Shown here: one piece after another, positions 39,512-52,922 of the stretch
Layout: every line of letters begins with the position of its first letter
How positions within the stretch are numbered: the first letter of the stretch is position 1
Assembly: GCA_013239625.1 (NCBI GenBank)
Contig: MU053994.1
Coordinates: forward strand, 3,887,434 to 3,951,433
Origin: Lama guanicoe
Lineage: Eukaryota
DNA length: 64,000 nt
Direction: 5' to 3'
Notes under the pieces: generated by a model
The model's database searches: none
Seen by the model: the letters and a program-made list of their open reading frames with translations, nothing else
What the model was told of the DNA's origin: nothing
Position numbers and translations under genes: made by a program

Positions 39512-39752
39512 TATAGTAGTTAAGAGCATGGGCTTTTGAATCACTGTTTATGGGTTCAAATCCAATCTCCACCACTTCTTGGTTGTGTATCATTGGGCAA
39601 GTTGATTTCTCTCTCTGAGCTTCATTGTCCTGATTTTCAAAGTGATGGTAATAATAACTACTGCATAGAGTTTTGTTGGTGTTAAATGAGTTCATGAGTA
39701 GAAAGTACTTAGCACAGTACCTGGCCCAGACAAAGTGATCAAGGGATGGTAG
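39512..39752 (+). mobile_element. MIR SINE
   Basis: tagtagttaagagcatgggctttt...gggttcaaatcc...ttaaatgag...cttagcacagtacctggc. Confidence 0.85.
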
Positions 39753-41007
39753 TTCTCTGAGTTTTAGATGTACATATCACAAATATAGACAGCATGTGCA
39801 TGACTTGGATTTGTATATTATCACATGAATATATAGAGGAACACATATATTTTAATTGCTACTAAAGTTGGATTCAGTTATTTGAATGAACCTTTTGATT
39901 TTCTTCATAAAGTCCTCTGTTGAACGAATCCCTCTTGATCTCATTAAATATAGCTAATTCAGACAAGTAATTCCAGAATGGCAATTGCTTCCAAGATTTT
40001 GGTACACTGACTGGGCAGAGCAGGTTAGCAGTCCCCTCACAGAAAGCTGGTCGCCTTCATTAACCACCTGGACACCTGTGGATGTCCCACACCTTCTGCC
40101 ACTGCAGGGCTCCACAGAGTAGATGCTGTTTAAATGTGGTCATGGCTTTAACTGAATTCTTATTAATACCAGTCTCAGAAAACTCTTGGTTGGGCATTGC
40201 TAGGAATCTCAGATCTCAACATTTCGCAGTGGGGAAGGCCTGGGTAACATCACTTGGTTGGAAGATACTAGAGATCTGGCTGTGATGGTGTTTGCAGAAG
40301 GCCTGGCTTCTTATCCATTTCTGGGCCTTCTAGGTGAAGTAAATGCCTGAAATTCCTATGCTCTAAATGCAAACTTCCTGGTTGGCCAGCTTCTCTGATG
40401 CTGGCCCAGATAAATCTCCAAAGCTCTGTTTCCCTTCCTACAAAATCACATTCTCCTTCCTCACCTCTCATTTCTCTTGCCGAGTGGAGAAAGTGATATC
40501 TTTATGACCCTTTGAGGCAATGCATGATTTAGAATAGCTAAGTAAAGGGAGCCGTAAACAATGGTTGGAATGCAGAGCACTCGCCACCTTCTAATTTATT
40601 TCCTCTCCATCTGACTTCAGATAGGAAAGAAAAAGTTGCTGTTTATTTGCAGGAACAATATTTTTATGGCTCAGCTTTATCAAGCTAGGTTTTGAGTCTG
40701 TTTAACATAAATTTCTTAGAGTTAAACCTCAATTCCATCTAAATTTTCTAAGGTGGAAGTATAAATTAAGTGAACGTTAGGTAAGGTAAATATTTCAGTG
40801 AAATCATCTATATAGTGCCCTCTGTTGAGGTTTTTGGGTCCAACTGGGCTGAACATTCTGAGAGGAAGGTGGGTGAAGGCTCTCTCCCCTGTCCCTCTGA
40901 CCCTGGCGAACAGGGTTATGGTGACCTTCCAACCTCTGTCTATTAGAGGATGCTTCCTGTTTTAGACTTCTCCTTCTTGCCACTATTACGCATGTCTAGC
41001 CTACTAC

Positions 41008-41470
41008 CTTGGTTTGGATCATCCTCCACTACTCCCAAAAGCAGATCCTGAGATGGAGATTTGGGACCAGCTATTTGGGAGGTGATCCCGGGAAGCACTG
41101 TGAGAGAGAGGAAGTGAGACAGGGAAGGGAGGGTGCCAATAAACTGAGAGGGTTACCTCTGTGGGCGACTAGGGTGCATTCCCACTGAGGAGCCTCTAAG
41201 AGACTGTGTGAAAGGTGCCTCAGAATTGAGAGGGAAGAAATGGGGTTACCTATCTACCAGCTTCTATCTCTCTTTGGTTGATGACTAATTCTAAGGGTGT
41301 TAATTCCCTGACACTTCCAACCTGTTCTGCAGTATCCTCTTGTAGCCAAAGTCTTCAGGTCGAGTCACAGGGGCTTGCCTTAGAAAGTCACTCTAGGTGC
41401 AGTGACAAGAAGGAAACTATCTGCTGAAGTTGTGTGACTTCCTGGATTGGTCAAGAGAATGTGGCTGTAA
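41008..41470 (-). mobile_element. LTR16-like ERVL LTR
   Basis: aagcagatcctgagatggagattt...tatttgggaggtgatccc...gaagtgagacagggaagg. Confidence 0.7.
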
Positions 41471-41895
41471 CATCTATATTCTGCTTCCTTTATCTCTGCA
41501 CGATCCCATTTCCTACCCCACTCACCTTGCCTCACAAATCTTATTCCAATCAGCTCAGCTCCATTCAGTAACATCTCCTATTGTCTCACACTGTCCAAAC
41601 TCACGTGTTTAAATTACCTGCTTGGCCTCTGTAGGCATTTACTTTGTGATCTCTGGAGTAATAGAAGTGTGGACAAGGCTAATAACGGGGAGCCAGAGGT
41701 AACTGTTGTGACTGTGAGTTAGAGTGACAAAAGCTGAAACTAGGAGAGGAGACTGGGGCCAAATCTTGAGGCTTTGGAAGCATAGCTAAGGATTTGGGCT
41801 GTGCCATATATTTAATGCTGATGGACAGATTTTTAAGAAGTATGATCAGATGGACATTGGAGATAGATAACTCTGGAGATATATGTTAGGAACAG

Positions 41896-41897
<2 letters not shown>

Positions 41898-41945
<48 letters not shown>
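41898..41945. repeat. (TG)n microsatellite, ~24 units
   Basis: Directly visible. Confidence 0.95.
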
Positions 41946-41948
<3 letters not shown>

Positions 41949-42044
41949 GCCCTCCAGCTGATTCTGAGATGGCTTTTTGCTTGAGATCCATTGACACACA
42001 GGATGAAGGGGAGGGGAAGCCATTGAAAGGGAGATAACAGGAGC

Positions 42045-42414
42045 TGTGATGGTCAGTTTTATGTGTCCACTTGGTGAGGCTACAGTCCCCAGTTATTCAA
42101 TCAAGCACTAATCTAGGTGTGGCCATGAAGATATTTTGTAGACATGATTAACATCTACAATCAACTGACTTTTAAGTAGGTGAGATGATTTTAGGTAATT
42201 TGGATGGGCCTGGTCTAATCAGTTGTAAGGCCTTAAGAGCAGAACTGAGGTTTCCCTAAAGAAGAAGTTCTGCCTGGGAATGGCAGAAGAAGCTCCTACC
42301 TAAGAGTTTCCAGCCTTCTGGCCTGACCTCTGTATTTTAGATTTGTTCAGTTCCCACAAGCACATTTTTGTCTCCTATTAGTCCTATTTCTCTGGCAGAA
42401 CTCTGACTGACACA
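42045..42414 (+). mobile_element. MLT2 ERVL solo LTR
   Basis: tgtgatggtcagttttatgtgtccacttg...gaactctgactgacaca; TSD ggagc/ggggc. Confidence 0.9.
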
Positions 42415-42989
42415 GGGGCCATTGACAAAGTTCAGATTAAAGACAAGGAAAACTTATTTGGGATGGTGAGAACTGAGATGGAAATTATATTTTGAGAGGC
42501 ATTTCTGAGTTGAAATCAATGAGAGTTAGAGATGAAGCTTAAGGGTGAGAAATAGAAAAAAATTAAGGTGAAATTTATAGTCCTGGAGATTGCATGGATA
42601 TAATATGCTACGGATGGAGATTAAGAACTCAGGAATGATAAAATGTTTGGGGATGAAAGAGAGGCCAGTTATTTTGGGACATGGTAAATCCAAGGTGTTA
42701 CAGGGGCTTTACTTTGTTCTACGTCCAGCTGGCATTTGAAAATGAGTTTGATCCTCAGGGGGAGGTCTGGCTGCAGAGAAGAATCTGAATATTAACTTGA
42801 TTCTTGAAAACAAAATTCTCTTTTCTTTTTAATTATGACCATTTCCTTTTAGTCCAGTTCTAATTTTTCATCTTTGTTTGTTTCTTTGTTTCCTCATGAT
42901 ATTGCTTTCCTCAAATTTCTAGTGATTCTTGGAGGTCAGTTCATATTTAGCCAGATGCTCTATCCACTCCAAATGCTCTTGTGAACATG

Positions 42990-43370
42990 TGTTAAAGAAA
43001 CCTAACTCAGAATTGGAGTTGGGAAGCCATAAAGGGAGGGCTCTCAGGCAGGTACCATTCATCACAACTTTCAGAGTCCAGCAGGAAGAGGGAAGATTTC
43101 CTCTTGGCAGGTGACAGCAAGCTGCTCTGGCCTGCAGCCAATGAGAAGCAACCACCACTTCAAACCCTCATTTTCCTCCAGTGAGCTTTTGTTCAAAACA
43201 AGCCCTCCCAACTTCCTCCTTTCCTCTATAAAAGAACACTCTTCTCCTTTGTTCTCTCGCCTATGGTTCACCATAGTTTGGTCATGCCAGGCTGCAATTC
43301 CTCTGCTATTCCCAAAGAAACTTGATTTTGCTGGTCAAATCACCTACCTTTTTCTTTTAAAAGGTTGACA
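42990..43370 (+). mobile_element. ERV1-like solo LTR
   Basis: tgttaa...ttgaca termini, CCAAT at 43138, TATAAAA at 43227, degenerate poly(A) signal near 43313. Confidence 0.65.
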
Positions 43371-43714
43371 CTGTGTGACAGTGAGGGGTGAAGGCCCATT
43401 GACAGTATGTCCCTAAGACAATTCTTTAATGAAGTACCCAGAGCCCTTTTCACTTTTAAAATTAATTGACTCTAATTTTAAACTCTTGAAGATAGTTACT
43501 CTGATACTTAAAGCTTCTGGTTCCCAGTTATTTTTTTTCATTAACTATCCTATTAGTTTCCCCTCTTCCAGGATTTCAGAATTTTTAGTTCACTTCCAGT
43601 TTCCTCTCTTGATTTCTTTTCTTGGGTTATGCCTTCCTTTTTTTTTTTAATATTAAAACATTGTATTTTCCCGTCTTTTGGACCTTGGAAGGAAGTTATG
43701 GGTATTCTGCACTT

Positions 43715-44201
43715 GGTCTTTCTAGATCCATGCTCCACTCGCTCTGCTCTGCTCTCTGCCCCAGGAGCTCAGTTGCATGGGCTGCATCAGTGGGCCCATT
43801 TGCCTCTATTCAGTTGATTTTGGCCAACAGGAGGCACTTGTAAGAAAAGAGAGGGCAGAAAGAGAATGAGAGAAGGTAGGAGATTTATACCCACAGTTGC
43901 CTCCCTGGCAGGCCAAAGTTTGGTAAGGCTGCATTCCTCTACTGATAGCCATAGCTCCTACCTGGATACTCTCTCCTATAGCCACAGGTCTTGCCAGGTT
44001 CTGGTAACTGCTCCCCGTCTCATCCATTTAGCTCTGGGGATGGTAGTAGCTTACTGCTTTTGCTAACCCTGGAGTGCTTCACCATTTCTTGTTGCTTTTC
44101 TTTTAATTCTGCTGACACCTTATTGATAAACTTCAGTTAAACTCTTTAAAATCATGCCCTTTGAGAATACCCTTTAATTCCTGCCAGGATCCTGACCCAC
44201 A
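43715..44201 (+). mobile_element. LTR40/41-like ERVL LTR
   Basis: ctctgccccaggag...gggctgcatca...ttggccaacaggaggcac...ttcctgccaggatcctgac. Confidence 0.65.
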
Positions 44202-44319
44202 TAGGAATGGAGGAAGATGCACGAATTAGAAGCCCAGTGAAAGAGATTAGAGAGCTGCTTGGGTAAAGAGGTTTTCAACATCAATTATTTAACCTCAGGT
44301 GGCCAAGTCCTCCATTTGT

Positions 44320-44590
44320 CCATGGTTGAGACACAATTAAGACTCCAACCCTGGAGTCAGATTGCTTGGGTCTAAATACCAATTCCACAATTGCTAGCTG
44401 GACATCCTTGGAAATTTACCTAGTTACTTTGAGCTTCAGTTTTTTGTTTGTTTGTGAAATAGAGATCATAATAGTATCTACTTCACTGGGGGCTGTTGTG
44501 AAGATTAAATGAGTTAATATAACTGCAGTGTTCACAACAGCTCAATAAGGACTTAGTGTATGTTCGCTGCTACCATTATAGTGGTTATCA
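44320..44590 (+). mobile_element. MIR SINE
   Basis: ctggagtcagattgcttggg...ttgtgaagattaaatgag. Confidence 0.8.
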
Positions 44591-45144
44591 TCATTATTAT
44601 CCTTTCTTCTTGTTCCCTTATTCAATATGTAAGGAGCAACATGACTCAGCACTATATTTAGAGCTAGAAAGACTATTTTCTTTACAAGAGGCTGCTTCTT
44701 TGGTCCCCTGTGCAAAATTATTTAGTGGAACAGAGAGAAACTGAACATTTGAATCAATTCTGAGAAGTTCCCACAATCATTCCATTGGTTGCCCAGGCCA
44801 GTATTCTTGAATCTTCTCTCCTCCTTCTTTCCAACTCTCATAATTTAGAAGACTAAACTGTGCTCCCCATTTCAGGAAAGTGAAACAGTATTTCTGTTGC
44901 TGAAACTTTAGTGCCTGAGTGTGGGGGTAAGGGAGAGTTCTAACCTCTGTACTCTGGTGTCATGTCTATTTCCCAAGCCCATTCTCTTTTCAGTGTATTT
45001 GGTCTAATGCCTGGTGGAGATAGAAAATGTAGAGGTTTTACAGTTTTCAGATCAGTAGTTAACATATTCTGGAGACTCTATCAAGACATGATAAAGTGTG
45101 AATAATAGCTAGTGCTCCATGATGTTAACAGAATAAGAATCCAG

Positions 45145-45660
45145 CTTGTCACAGACAGGGTTCTTATAGTTGTTAAGAAACAGAAACCCACTCTACTTGT
45201 TTATGCCAGAAGGAGGAATATTTTTTTTAATGAGAATACAGGGATAGTCACAGAGCTCAAAGGCAGGAAGTGGAGCCAAGCCACTTTGTGAATTGGAACC
45301 ATGAGTAAAAAGTTAAAACAGTAGGTTGAGCTTGTCTGTCTGTCACACTTCTTGATCTCTCCCAACATGGCTCCCTCATTCTTTGTTATTTGCAGGCTGG
45401 CTTCTCCCCATGCATGGTAGGTAGTGAATGGCCTGCTCTTCCCACATTTATTTGTCCTCTCTTCCAGACACAGGAGACTGACCAGCTATTCAGAATCTCA
45501 ACTGTACATTCCAAGAAGAAAGACTGATTGGTCCAGCCTGGAGGCAGAGTTTGCCTTGGATCCAGTCAGCTATGACTTGAGGCTGAGGGTCGCATGGTAC
45601 AAACAGGGTTGCCAGGGCCCATCCCTGTGGATGAAGAAAGCAGGTCTCAGAAAAATGGGT
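45145..45660 (-). mobile_element. Old MLT1 (J/K-like) LTR
   Basis: gttcttatagttg..aagaaacagaaaccca...ctgattggtccagcctg...ggatccagtcagct. Confidence 0.6.
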
Positions 45661-47689
45661 TAATTTGGGGGTAGACAGAGATCCTTGAAGGTGTTTCCTA
45701 AACGTTTCCCTCTTTCTACTCTCTTTTCCTATTCTCCCATGGTACAAAGAATTGTTTTACTTGGTTAAAAAAATAAGGAACCCTTTTTTACTCTCCTAAC
45801 AATTTCTCCATACAACTACATTAATGGAACTTGATTCAGAAATTAGGTCTTAAATTATAAAACACCAGGATCTTGGAAATCTCTGGAACTAAAGGCTCTA
45901 GATATTAATGGTTCCTGGTAATTAAAAGCCAAATTTTGTGGTCATAAGTTTGGGCATTTAGCATATATTATAAATACCCTTATACTTTGTGAAGAGTTAA
46001 ATTATCTTCTTGGTTTTTATGATCTCTTCCAGAGATCAGCTTGAGGGAATGTTTGGGAGTTATTAATGTCCTGTGGTCCAAAGTGAAAATCTAGGCTCCA
46101 ATTTTGGATTATAGTTACTTCCTTAGTCCAGGATATTGTAACCCATGAATGGACTGATTGTAGTTGGTACTTGTGAGTTGACACCATGAGTACAGTCTGG
46201 CCACAAGAATAGAATGAGAATTTCTCAGCAGTCAGAGCAGTGGCAACAGCAGCAGGGAAGGAAAAAATGCTTACACAATGCATTGAATACTCAGCAGTGT
46301 CTTACAGGTTGAACCATCTCTTTATGTGTGTGTGAGCAAATGGGTAGTGGCCACTGGGTAGAGCCTTGGTGATTTTGAGATTTGTATGCTGTGAGGACCT
46401 TAGGAGAGTGCTTGGGACAATCTCAAGAAAAATGACACAGATTTCCGGGTCCTCTTCTTTCCAGCTTGACCTGTTTTCACTTTGTGCTTCTAAAGAACAT
46501 CATGCTCTTATCAGTTTGCTCAGTGTCAAGCCGAGAGCTCCAGTGCGGCCAGGGAAGGGTAATTTCTTCCAGAGGACTGAAAAAGAAAGCTTAGAGTTTG
46601 GGGAGAATGTGGCTTCATTGCTTATAATAGTCAACTGGATATCAGGGGCAGGCTGATTAAACATTTTGGACAGGAAGACAAAGAAACTGCTGCGAGCTCC
46701 CCACAGGGAATCGTTCAATTTAGAAGTTTCTTGTTCACAGGACTCATCTGTTGTCTAACAAATAACACTAACAGCATTTAGATACTCTGCACTCAACGGA
46801 CATTTTAGCTTCTGTCTTCCTTATTTGTTTTCATTGTTGAAATAACAAGCTTTGAAAATATCATCAATGTCAGAGACATATACCTTGACCTTCATCGTTG
46901 GTTCCTGGCAACCCACAGGAAAAGCCGACAGTGCAGTGAGCAAGGGCTCAGTCCAAAGCCGGACTGGAATTTATCCTTTCTGAAACACAAACTGAAATGG
47001 ATGCCACAAGAGATAGGAGTAGGTGTGATTACTGCTTAGTGTGTTTAACTACCTGTATCTTCTTAGTGGTCCAGCAAAACAGATCACCACCCGGAGCAGT
47101 TAAGATAATAAGCTATTAAGAAAAAACCCAATATAGTAATGAAATACAATTTTCCCACTGATTTTCTAAGATGGCTTTTTTCCTTTGCCGTAGTTGAGTA
47201 GGGGAGTAGTTTTTCTGAGGTTGCTTTATTTCTTCTTTAAATAAATCTTTATTGAGCACCTACTATATACAAAAGATTATCCTAGGCCTTGTGTAAATGA
47301 CAGCAGCACACGGACAAATGGAAAAAAGGACAAATGGCATTATAAGTAAAGGGGCGAGCACAAATCCTTATTTCTTCCTTTATCTTGTACTGATTCTTTT
47401 CCTTCATTGATCTGAAAGGCTATACTGGTAACTTGACAGCTTGTGATGTTCCTTCTAATCCCCTTGTGATTTCTGTGGCAAAGAAGCTCTTAGAACTTGT
47501 GCTGAGTGGAGAGTGGTGGGAGCATTCTTGCCAGTAACATTCCCCTAAGACCTCAGGGTAACTGAATGAGAAGTACCACTTTAGTCCAGGAAGTGTTTGA
47601 ATTGATTTTGGTGCACCCACACCTACTTTAGTAATACACCATTCTCTAGAGCACAGGCTTTCGGGAAACTCAACTGTACTGGTTGCCAT

Positions 47690-48117
47690 GATGTGCTGAT
47701 CCCCCTTCAGGAGGGAGCACTTACTCCTCCAGCTGCGGGAAATGCTGCCTGCAGAAGGTCATCAACTGTTAGTCTCTTTGAAGATTGCCTCCACTGAAGA
47801 GAACTTCCTCACCCAAGATCTTGCCTCCTTCCAGAGGTAGTCTGCATCCTGTGACTGACTGATCAGTGCACAGATGTGAAGGCTTGATCCCCTTGTCCTA
47901 ACTTGAGACACCAAAGGCCATCCCAACTCCATAGCTACCTATGGGACTGGCTGAACCTTTGATGGGCTAACAGTCCAGCCCAGCTTCTCCTTCTGCCCAC
48001 TCTAGCTTCCTTCTCCTCCCTTTCACAGGGATGAACCTCTAAAATATGCCCTAATAAATGTCTTGGCATGCTCATTTCTGTCTCAAATTCTGCTCTCTGG
48101 AAACCCAAACTGTGACA
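47690..48117 (+). mobile_element. LTR33-like ERVL solo LTR
   Basis: gatcccccttcagg...ccctaataaa...tctctggaaacccaaactgtgaca; reverse counterpart of the 28036 copy. Confidence 0.75.
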
Positions 48118-48824
48118 TGAACACTTCAGAACATAGCCTATACTCAGAAGTAGATAGGAAAGGAACATGAGAAACTACAATAATTAACATGAACCTCTTC
48201 TGTAAAAGGCTTGAGGACCACGTAAGGCAGAATAGGCACAGAGATACGTGAGCGAAGTATTTTTTTTTTCATGTGTGCACTTGGCGAATGCCTGTGTTAC
48301 ACAAATGAGCGTGTGTGAGTGTATGTGAGACTGTGTATACTGGGATAGTCATTGCTAATGACTTTTTTGCCACAGTGGAATGACAGTTGGCAGATAGAGA
48401 TGGAGGTAGGGACGGGCAAGAACATAGTATTTTGCTGGAGCAGTGTCTATAGCAGAGAGACTCCAAAAGCCCTATGGCTTTTGTGTGCCTCTCTGGTTGG
48501 TGTATTTGTCAGTTTTGAGCATTGCACATGCATTCTGATGTCCTTGGCAGGTGGCATTGGGAAATGCCTATCAAACCTCTGGCTTATTTGAGGATAAAGG
48601 GTTCCTAAATGGAATGGAGGGAAAAATTGAAGGCAGAGTACTGCTTCTAAAAATGTTAAAGAGCAAGAGAATGTAGGAGAAGTGTAAGTCAATAATGTGT
48701 GTAGGCACCTACTATGTTAGTCACTGCCAGTATTAGAAAGTAGATGATGGAATCTGGGGAGAAAAGCTGAGTACGTGTGACATGGAATGAGAATATGCTG
48801 TTGACAAAGTAAAGGTCATGCCTG

Positions 48825-48920
48825 ATTTCTTCATCTCTCCAGCACTAGTGCTTAGCACAGCTTCTGATACAGAGTTGGTGCTCATTACATGTTCACAGCA
48901 TGAATGAATGAATGCATGGA
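48825..48920 (+). mobile_element. L2 3' end
   Basis: tctccagcactagtgcttagcacag...tgaatgaatgaatg tail. Confidence 0.7.
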
Positions 48921-49194
48921 GGTAATGAGTGAGTGTAAATATATGAGGACTGCAGGGGAAGAAAAAACATGGAGTTGGGGTTGATTTAGGAAGGCTTCGT
49001 GCCCTCCTCCTGTCTCAATCTGCCAGTGAATTTCTAGCACATCATGAAATTAGCCTCCCTCAAGCCCATGCTGATAAATTCCTTTTATAAAGTAATGTCC
49101 ACTACTCTCAACACAAGTGAGGCTAGGAGACCACCTGCCAGAGATGCTGGAGAGAGGGGTCCTGCACTGAGAGGGAGATTGAATTAGAATGACC

Positions 49195-49362
49195 CATGCC
49201 TCTCAAAGTTTAACATGCACAGGAATCAATGGAATCAACTGGGGAGCTTGTTAAAATGCAGGTGTTGATTCACCAGCTCTGGGGCCTGAGGTTGTGCATG
49301 TCTAACAAGTTCCTAAGTGCTGCTCCAGCTGCTGGTCCTGGGACCTCACTTTGAGGATCAAG
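49195..49362. mobile_element. MER5A-like MITE
   Basis: ggggagcttgttaaaatgcag...ggcctgag...taacaagttcc...gctggtcctgggacctcactttgag. Confidence 0.8.
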
Positions 49363-50725
49363 GAGATCGACCATCTCTGAGGTCCGTTTCAGTTCTGCCA
49401 TTCCATCTTATACCTGACCCAACTGCTAGGAATCCCAGCTACATCTCATCTGACATTGCTAATGTAGCTCATTAACATGAGTTGTCTCTGGAGGTCCTGG
49501 CAGTGCAAGTTACAACTTAACAGGAAACAAAATGGCTCTTCTCTTATGGAGGATAACATTGCTAGCATCAAGCAGCACAGCGACCAAATATGGGACATAA
49601 AATATGATCAAAATACTATAGAATCCTCTCTGTCCCATGGGAGTTGATTAATTTCTAGGGAATGTTTTTATTTGACTTATACTTAAGTGTCATTTATGAA
49701 TGAATGGTATATAAAATCAGTTTTAGAAGCTTGCAGACTGGGCCGGGAGTAAGAGAAAGAGAGAATTCTAAAGCACCATGATTCTTCTTATCTCAACCAT
49801 TGATTCACAACTTTACAAGGTCAAGAGTGTAAAACTTAAGAATTTCCAGGTTGCAAAAATTGTATCATAAGTGTTATTATTAACTTCATTATTATTTTAA
49901 ATCAGAGTAATTAATGAAAATGGTTTGAAAAGTCAATTTGTGCAGAAAAGTATGTGTAATAAAAAGCAATCATCCCTGATATCACCCCTTCCCAGTTGCA
50001 TCTACTTTCAAATTACTTCACTCCCCCCTTTTTTGGTAGTTACCACCACATCCCTAAATACAATCTGTGTTCTACTATTTCTTGATTTATCAGTTGTATA
50101 CATTATATATTGATTCCTGCTATGGGCAATGAGGATTTCACTCACTTATGTGTTTCTTCTCTTCTCAGCTGACCAATAAATTAATATCTCTATTTCAGTT
50201 CTGCTGTTAGTTTCCTCTGCAGCTTGAGTAATATATTTTATTTTTCAATTTATCAACTAGAGATGAATTGCAATATCCTTAAATACTCACTTTTTGGAGA
50301 TAAGGATCTTAGTGACTCTACCCTTTTGCAACCCTTCTCCCACATATCCACCTCTTAAATTTGCGACCATCCACTTACTTCCACTTACTCTTGCCCTTGA
50401 AGGTTGATAACAACAGTAAACACAAAATTCAAATAGATCCAATTCTTCCTTTTTCTATGGGTTGATTCTACAAGTGGAAAATCAAAAACATTTACATTAT
50501 TGTGGCTACGTATTGTTCACTGTCAGGGGAGTGACACTATACTATTTCCCTCCTCAAAAGTTATTTCTTGAAATTTCTAATTGTTTTTCTATTGTTCTAA
50601 TAAATTAGTCCCTTGACTTACAGAGGTATTCTTAGTTGAGGAGTGCTTATTTCATTAGTTAAAAATGTCAGAAAGTTCCCAGGTCTTCTTTTCTTACCTT
50701 AACCTACTTTTTGGTCTTGTTTTAA

Positions 50726-52120
50726 TTTTCTTCTTAGTGAGCCTGGCCAGAGGTTTGTCAGTTTTGTTTACTCTTTCAAAAAGCCAGTTCTGGGTTTGAC
50801 TGATTTTTTCTGTTGTTTCTTTTTAATCTCTTATTTTGTTTATTTCCTCCTTGATCTTTATTATTTATTTCCTTCTGCTGATTTTAGGTTTTGTTTGTTC
50901 TTCTTCTTCTAATTCTTTTAGGTGGTAGGTTAGGTTGTTTATTTGAGTTCTTGTTTTTTGAGGAAATCCTGTATTGCTATGAACTTCCCTGCTTTTGCTG
51001 TATCGCATAGATTTTGTGTAGTTGTGTTTTCATTGTCATTTGTCTCAAGGTATTTTTTAATTTCTTCTTTGATTCCATCACTGACCCATTGGGTTTTTGT
51101 AGTAGCATGTTGTTTAGCCTCCATGTTGTCGTCTTTTTCTCATTTGTTTTTCTATGATTGATTTCCAGTTTCATGGCATTGTGATCAGAGAAGATGCTTG
51201 GAATAATTTCTATCCTTTAAAATTTGTTGAGGCTTCTTTTGTGCCTGAATATGTGGCCTATCCTAGGGAATATTCCATGAGCACTTGCAAAGAATGTATA
51301 TTCTGTTTTGGGGGGATGTAATATCCTAAAAATATCAACCAAATCCAACTATTCTATTGTGTCATTTAGTATCTCCGTTGCCTTATTGAGTTTTTGGTCT
51401 GGAAGATCTGTCCAATGAGGGTAGTAGGGTGTTAACCTCTCCTACTATTATTGTATTCTCATCTGTTTCTCCCTTTATATCTGTTAGTATTTGCTTTATG
51501 TATTTAAGTGCTTCTATTGTAGGTGCATATATATTAACGAGTGTAATATCTTCATCTTGTATGTATTGCTCCTTTGATCATTGTATAATGTCCTTCTTTA
51601 TCTCTCATTATGGCCTTTGTTTTAAAGTCTGTTTTGTCTGATATGAGTATTGCTACTCCCACTTCCTTGTCATTTTCCATTTGCATGAAATATCTTTTTC
51701 CATCCTCTCACTTTCAATCTATGTGTCCTTCACTCTAACCACTTTAGAGTGCCACTCTCTTGTAGGCAGCATATTGTAGGCTTTTGTTTTATTATCTAAT
51801 CTGCCACTCAGTGTCTTTTGATTGGAGCATTTAGTCCATTGACATTTATAGTAATTATTGATAGATGTGTATTTATAGCCATTTTGAACTTTGTTTTCCA
51901 GTTGATTTGGTATTTCTTCTTTGTTCCTTTCTTTTCCTTCTTGTTTTTCTTTCTGTGGTTTGATCTCTCTCTCTCTCTCTTTTTTTTTTGTATTAGCTTA
52001 GTTTCTTTTTGGTTTTTGTGACTCTATTGTATGCTTTTGATTTGTGGTTACCCTGTTTTTCAAGTATGTTAACCCTTTACTATATCTGTTTCCTTTAGAC
52101 TGGTAGTCATGTAGGCTCAG
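50726..52120 (-). mobile_element. Internal L1 fragment (inter-ORF region and ORF2 endonuclease domain), no poly(A) tail
   Basis: ORFs read IKEEIKKYLETNDNENTT.QNL.DTAKA and MKLEINH..WRLNNMLL (L1 ORF2); flanking repeat tggtcttg(t/c)tttaa at 50712-50725 and 52121-52134. Confidence 0.9.
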
Positions 52121-52302
52121 TGGTCTTGCTTTAAGTTTGTTTTGGCCCTGATTCATCTTTGTCTCTGGTTCTAGTGAAGTCTGAGTTCCAGGATACAGAA
52201 TAAGAAGGAACATCTGGTTCTTCAAAGCTTGCTCTAGAGTAAAAGACCAGCAAATTAAATTATTATCTGAATGCTGAAAGGTCAAGATTCCTTTCCCTTA
52301 CA

Positions 52303-52545
52303 TCAGTATTTTTTGAACTACAAGTTATGGCTCAGTAGTGGGTCATGGAGTCAATTTACTGAGTCACAATCAACGCTGTAAAAAAATGGAATTAGAATAG
52401 AATAAACAGATTTCATCACCCATAGTAAAGTTGAAGTATTACTTAAATAATACATGTATGTATATATTTGTATGTGTTCTGGTTGCATGTGGAATATGTA
52501 TGTTACTTATTTTAGTGTTGGCTGCTATTGAAAAAGCTTGAACAC
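52303..52545. mobile_element. Old hAT-Charlie-like MITE
   Basis: cagtattttttgaact...agtagtgggtcatggagtcaattta...aaaagcttgaa. Confidence 0.45.
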
Positions 52546-52922
52546 ACCTATCTTGCTTGCTGAACTGTTCTTATTTTGGCCTGGTTTCCAGTGTGGAATT
52601 TGCCCTCCTTGTCTACTGTATAACTTTCCTTGATTTAAGGAGCTGGAACCACACCCTTAGTGTGTCTGATGGAGCTCTGGGCTCTGCTTCCCTTTTTCTG
52701 AGCTATATCTTCCCAGGGGGGTTACTGAGACCTGTTATGGCTCAAGTTCCTCCTGGATTTCTAGACCTCCAGCTCCTCCAGTCTCCATCAGCACCACACC
52801 TAATGTATTGACACCCAGAGGAGATCACTTCTTGACAAAATGAGCTTCAGGAATAATCATGAAATAAAATGAACAATAATACTAGCTAGACAAGAAATGT
52901 AGACAGTGAACATTTTCTTTGA

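Larger units (their letters stand above)
41650..42800 (-). mobile_element. Degraded L2, interrupted by (TG)n and MLT2
   Basis: Purine-rich antisense L2 text (ggatttgggct, atgatcagat, ttttgggacatggtaaat, gaggtctggctgcaga). Confidence 0.55.
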
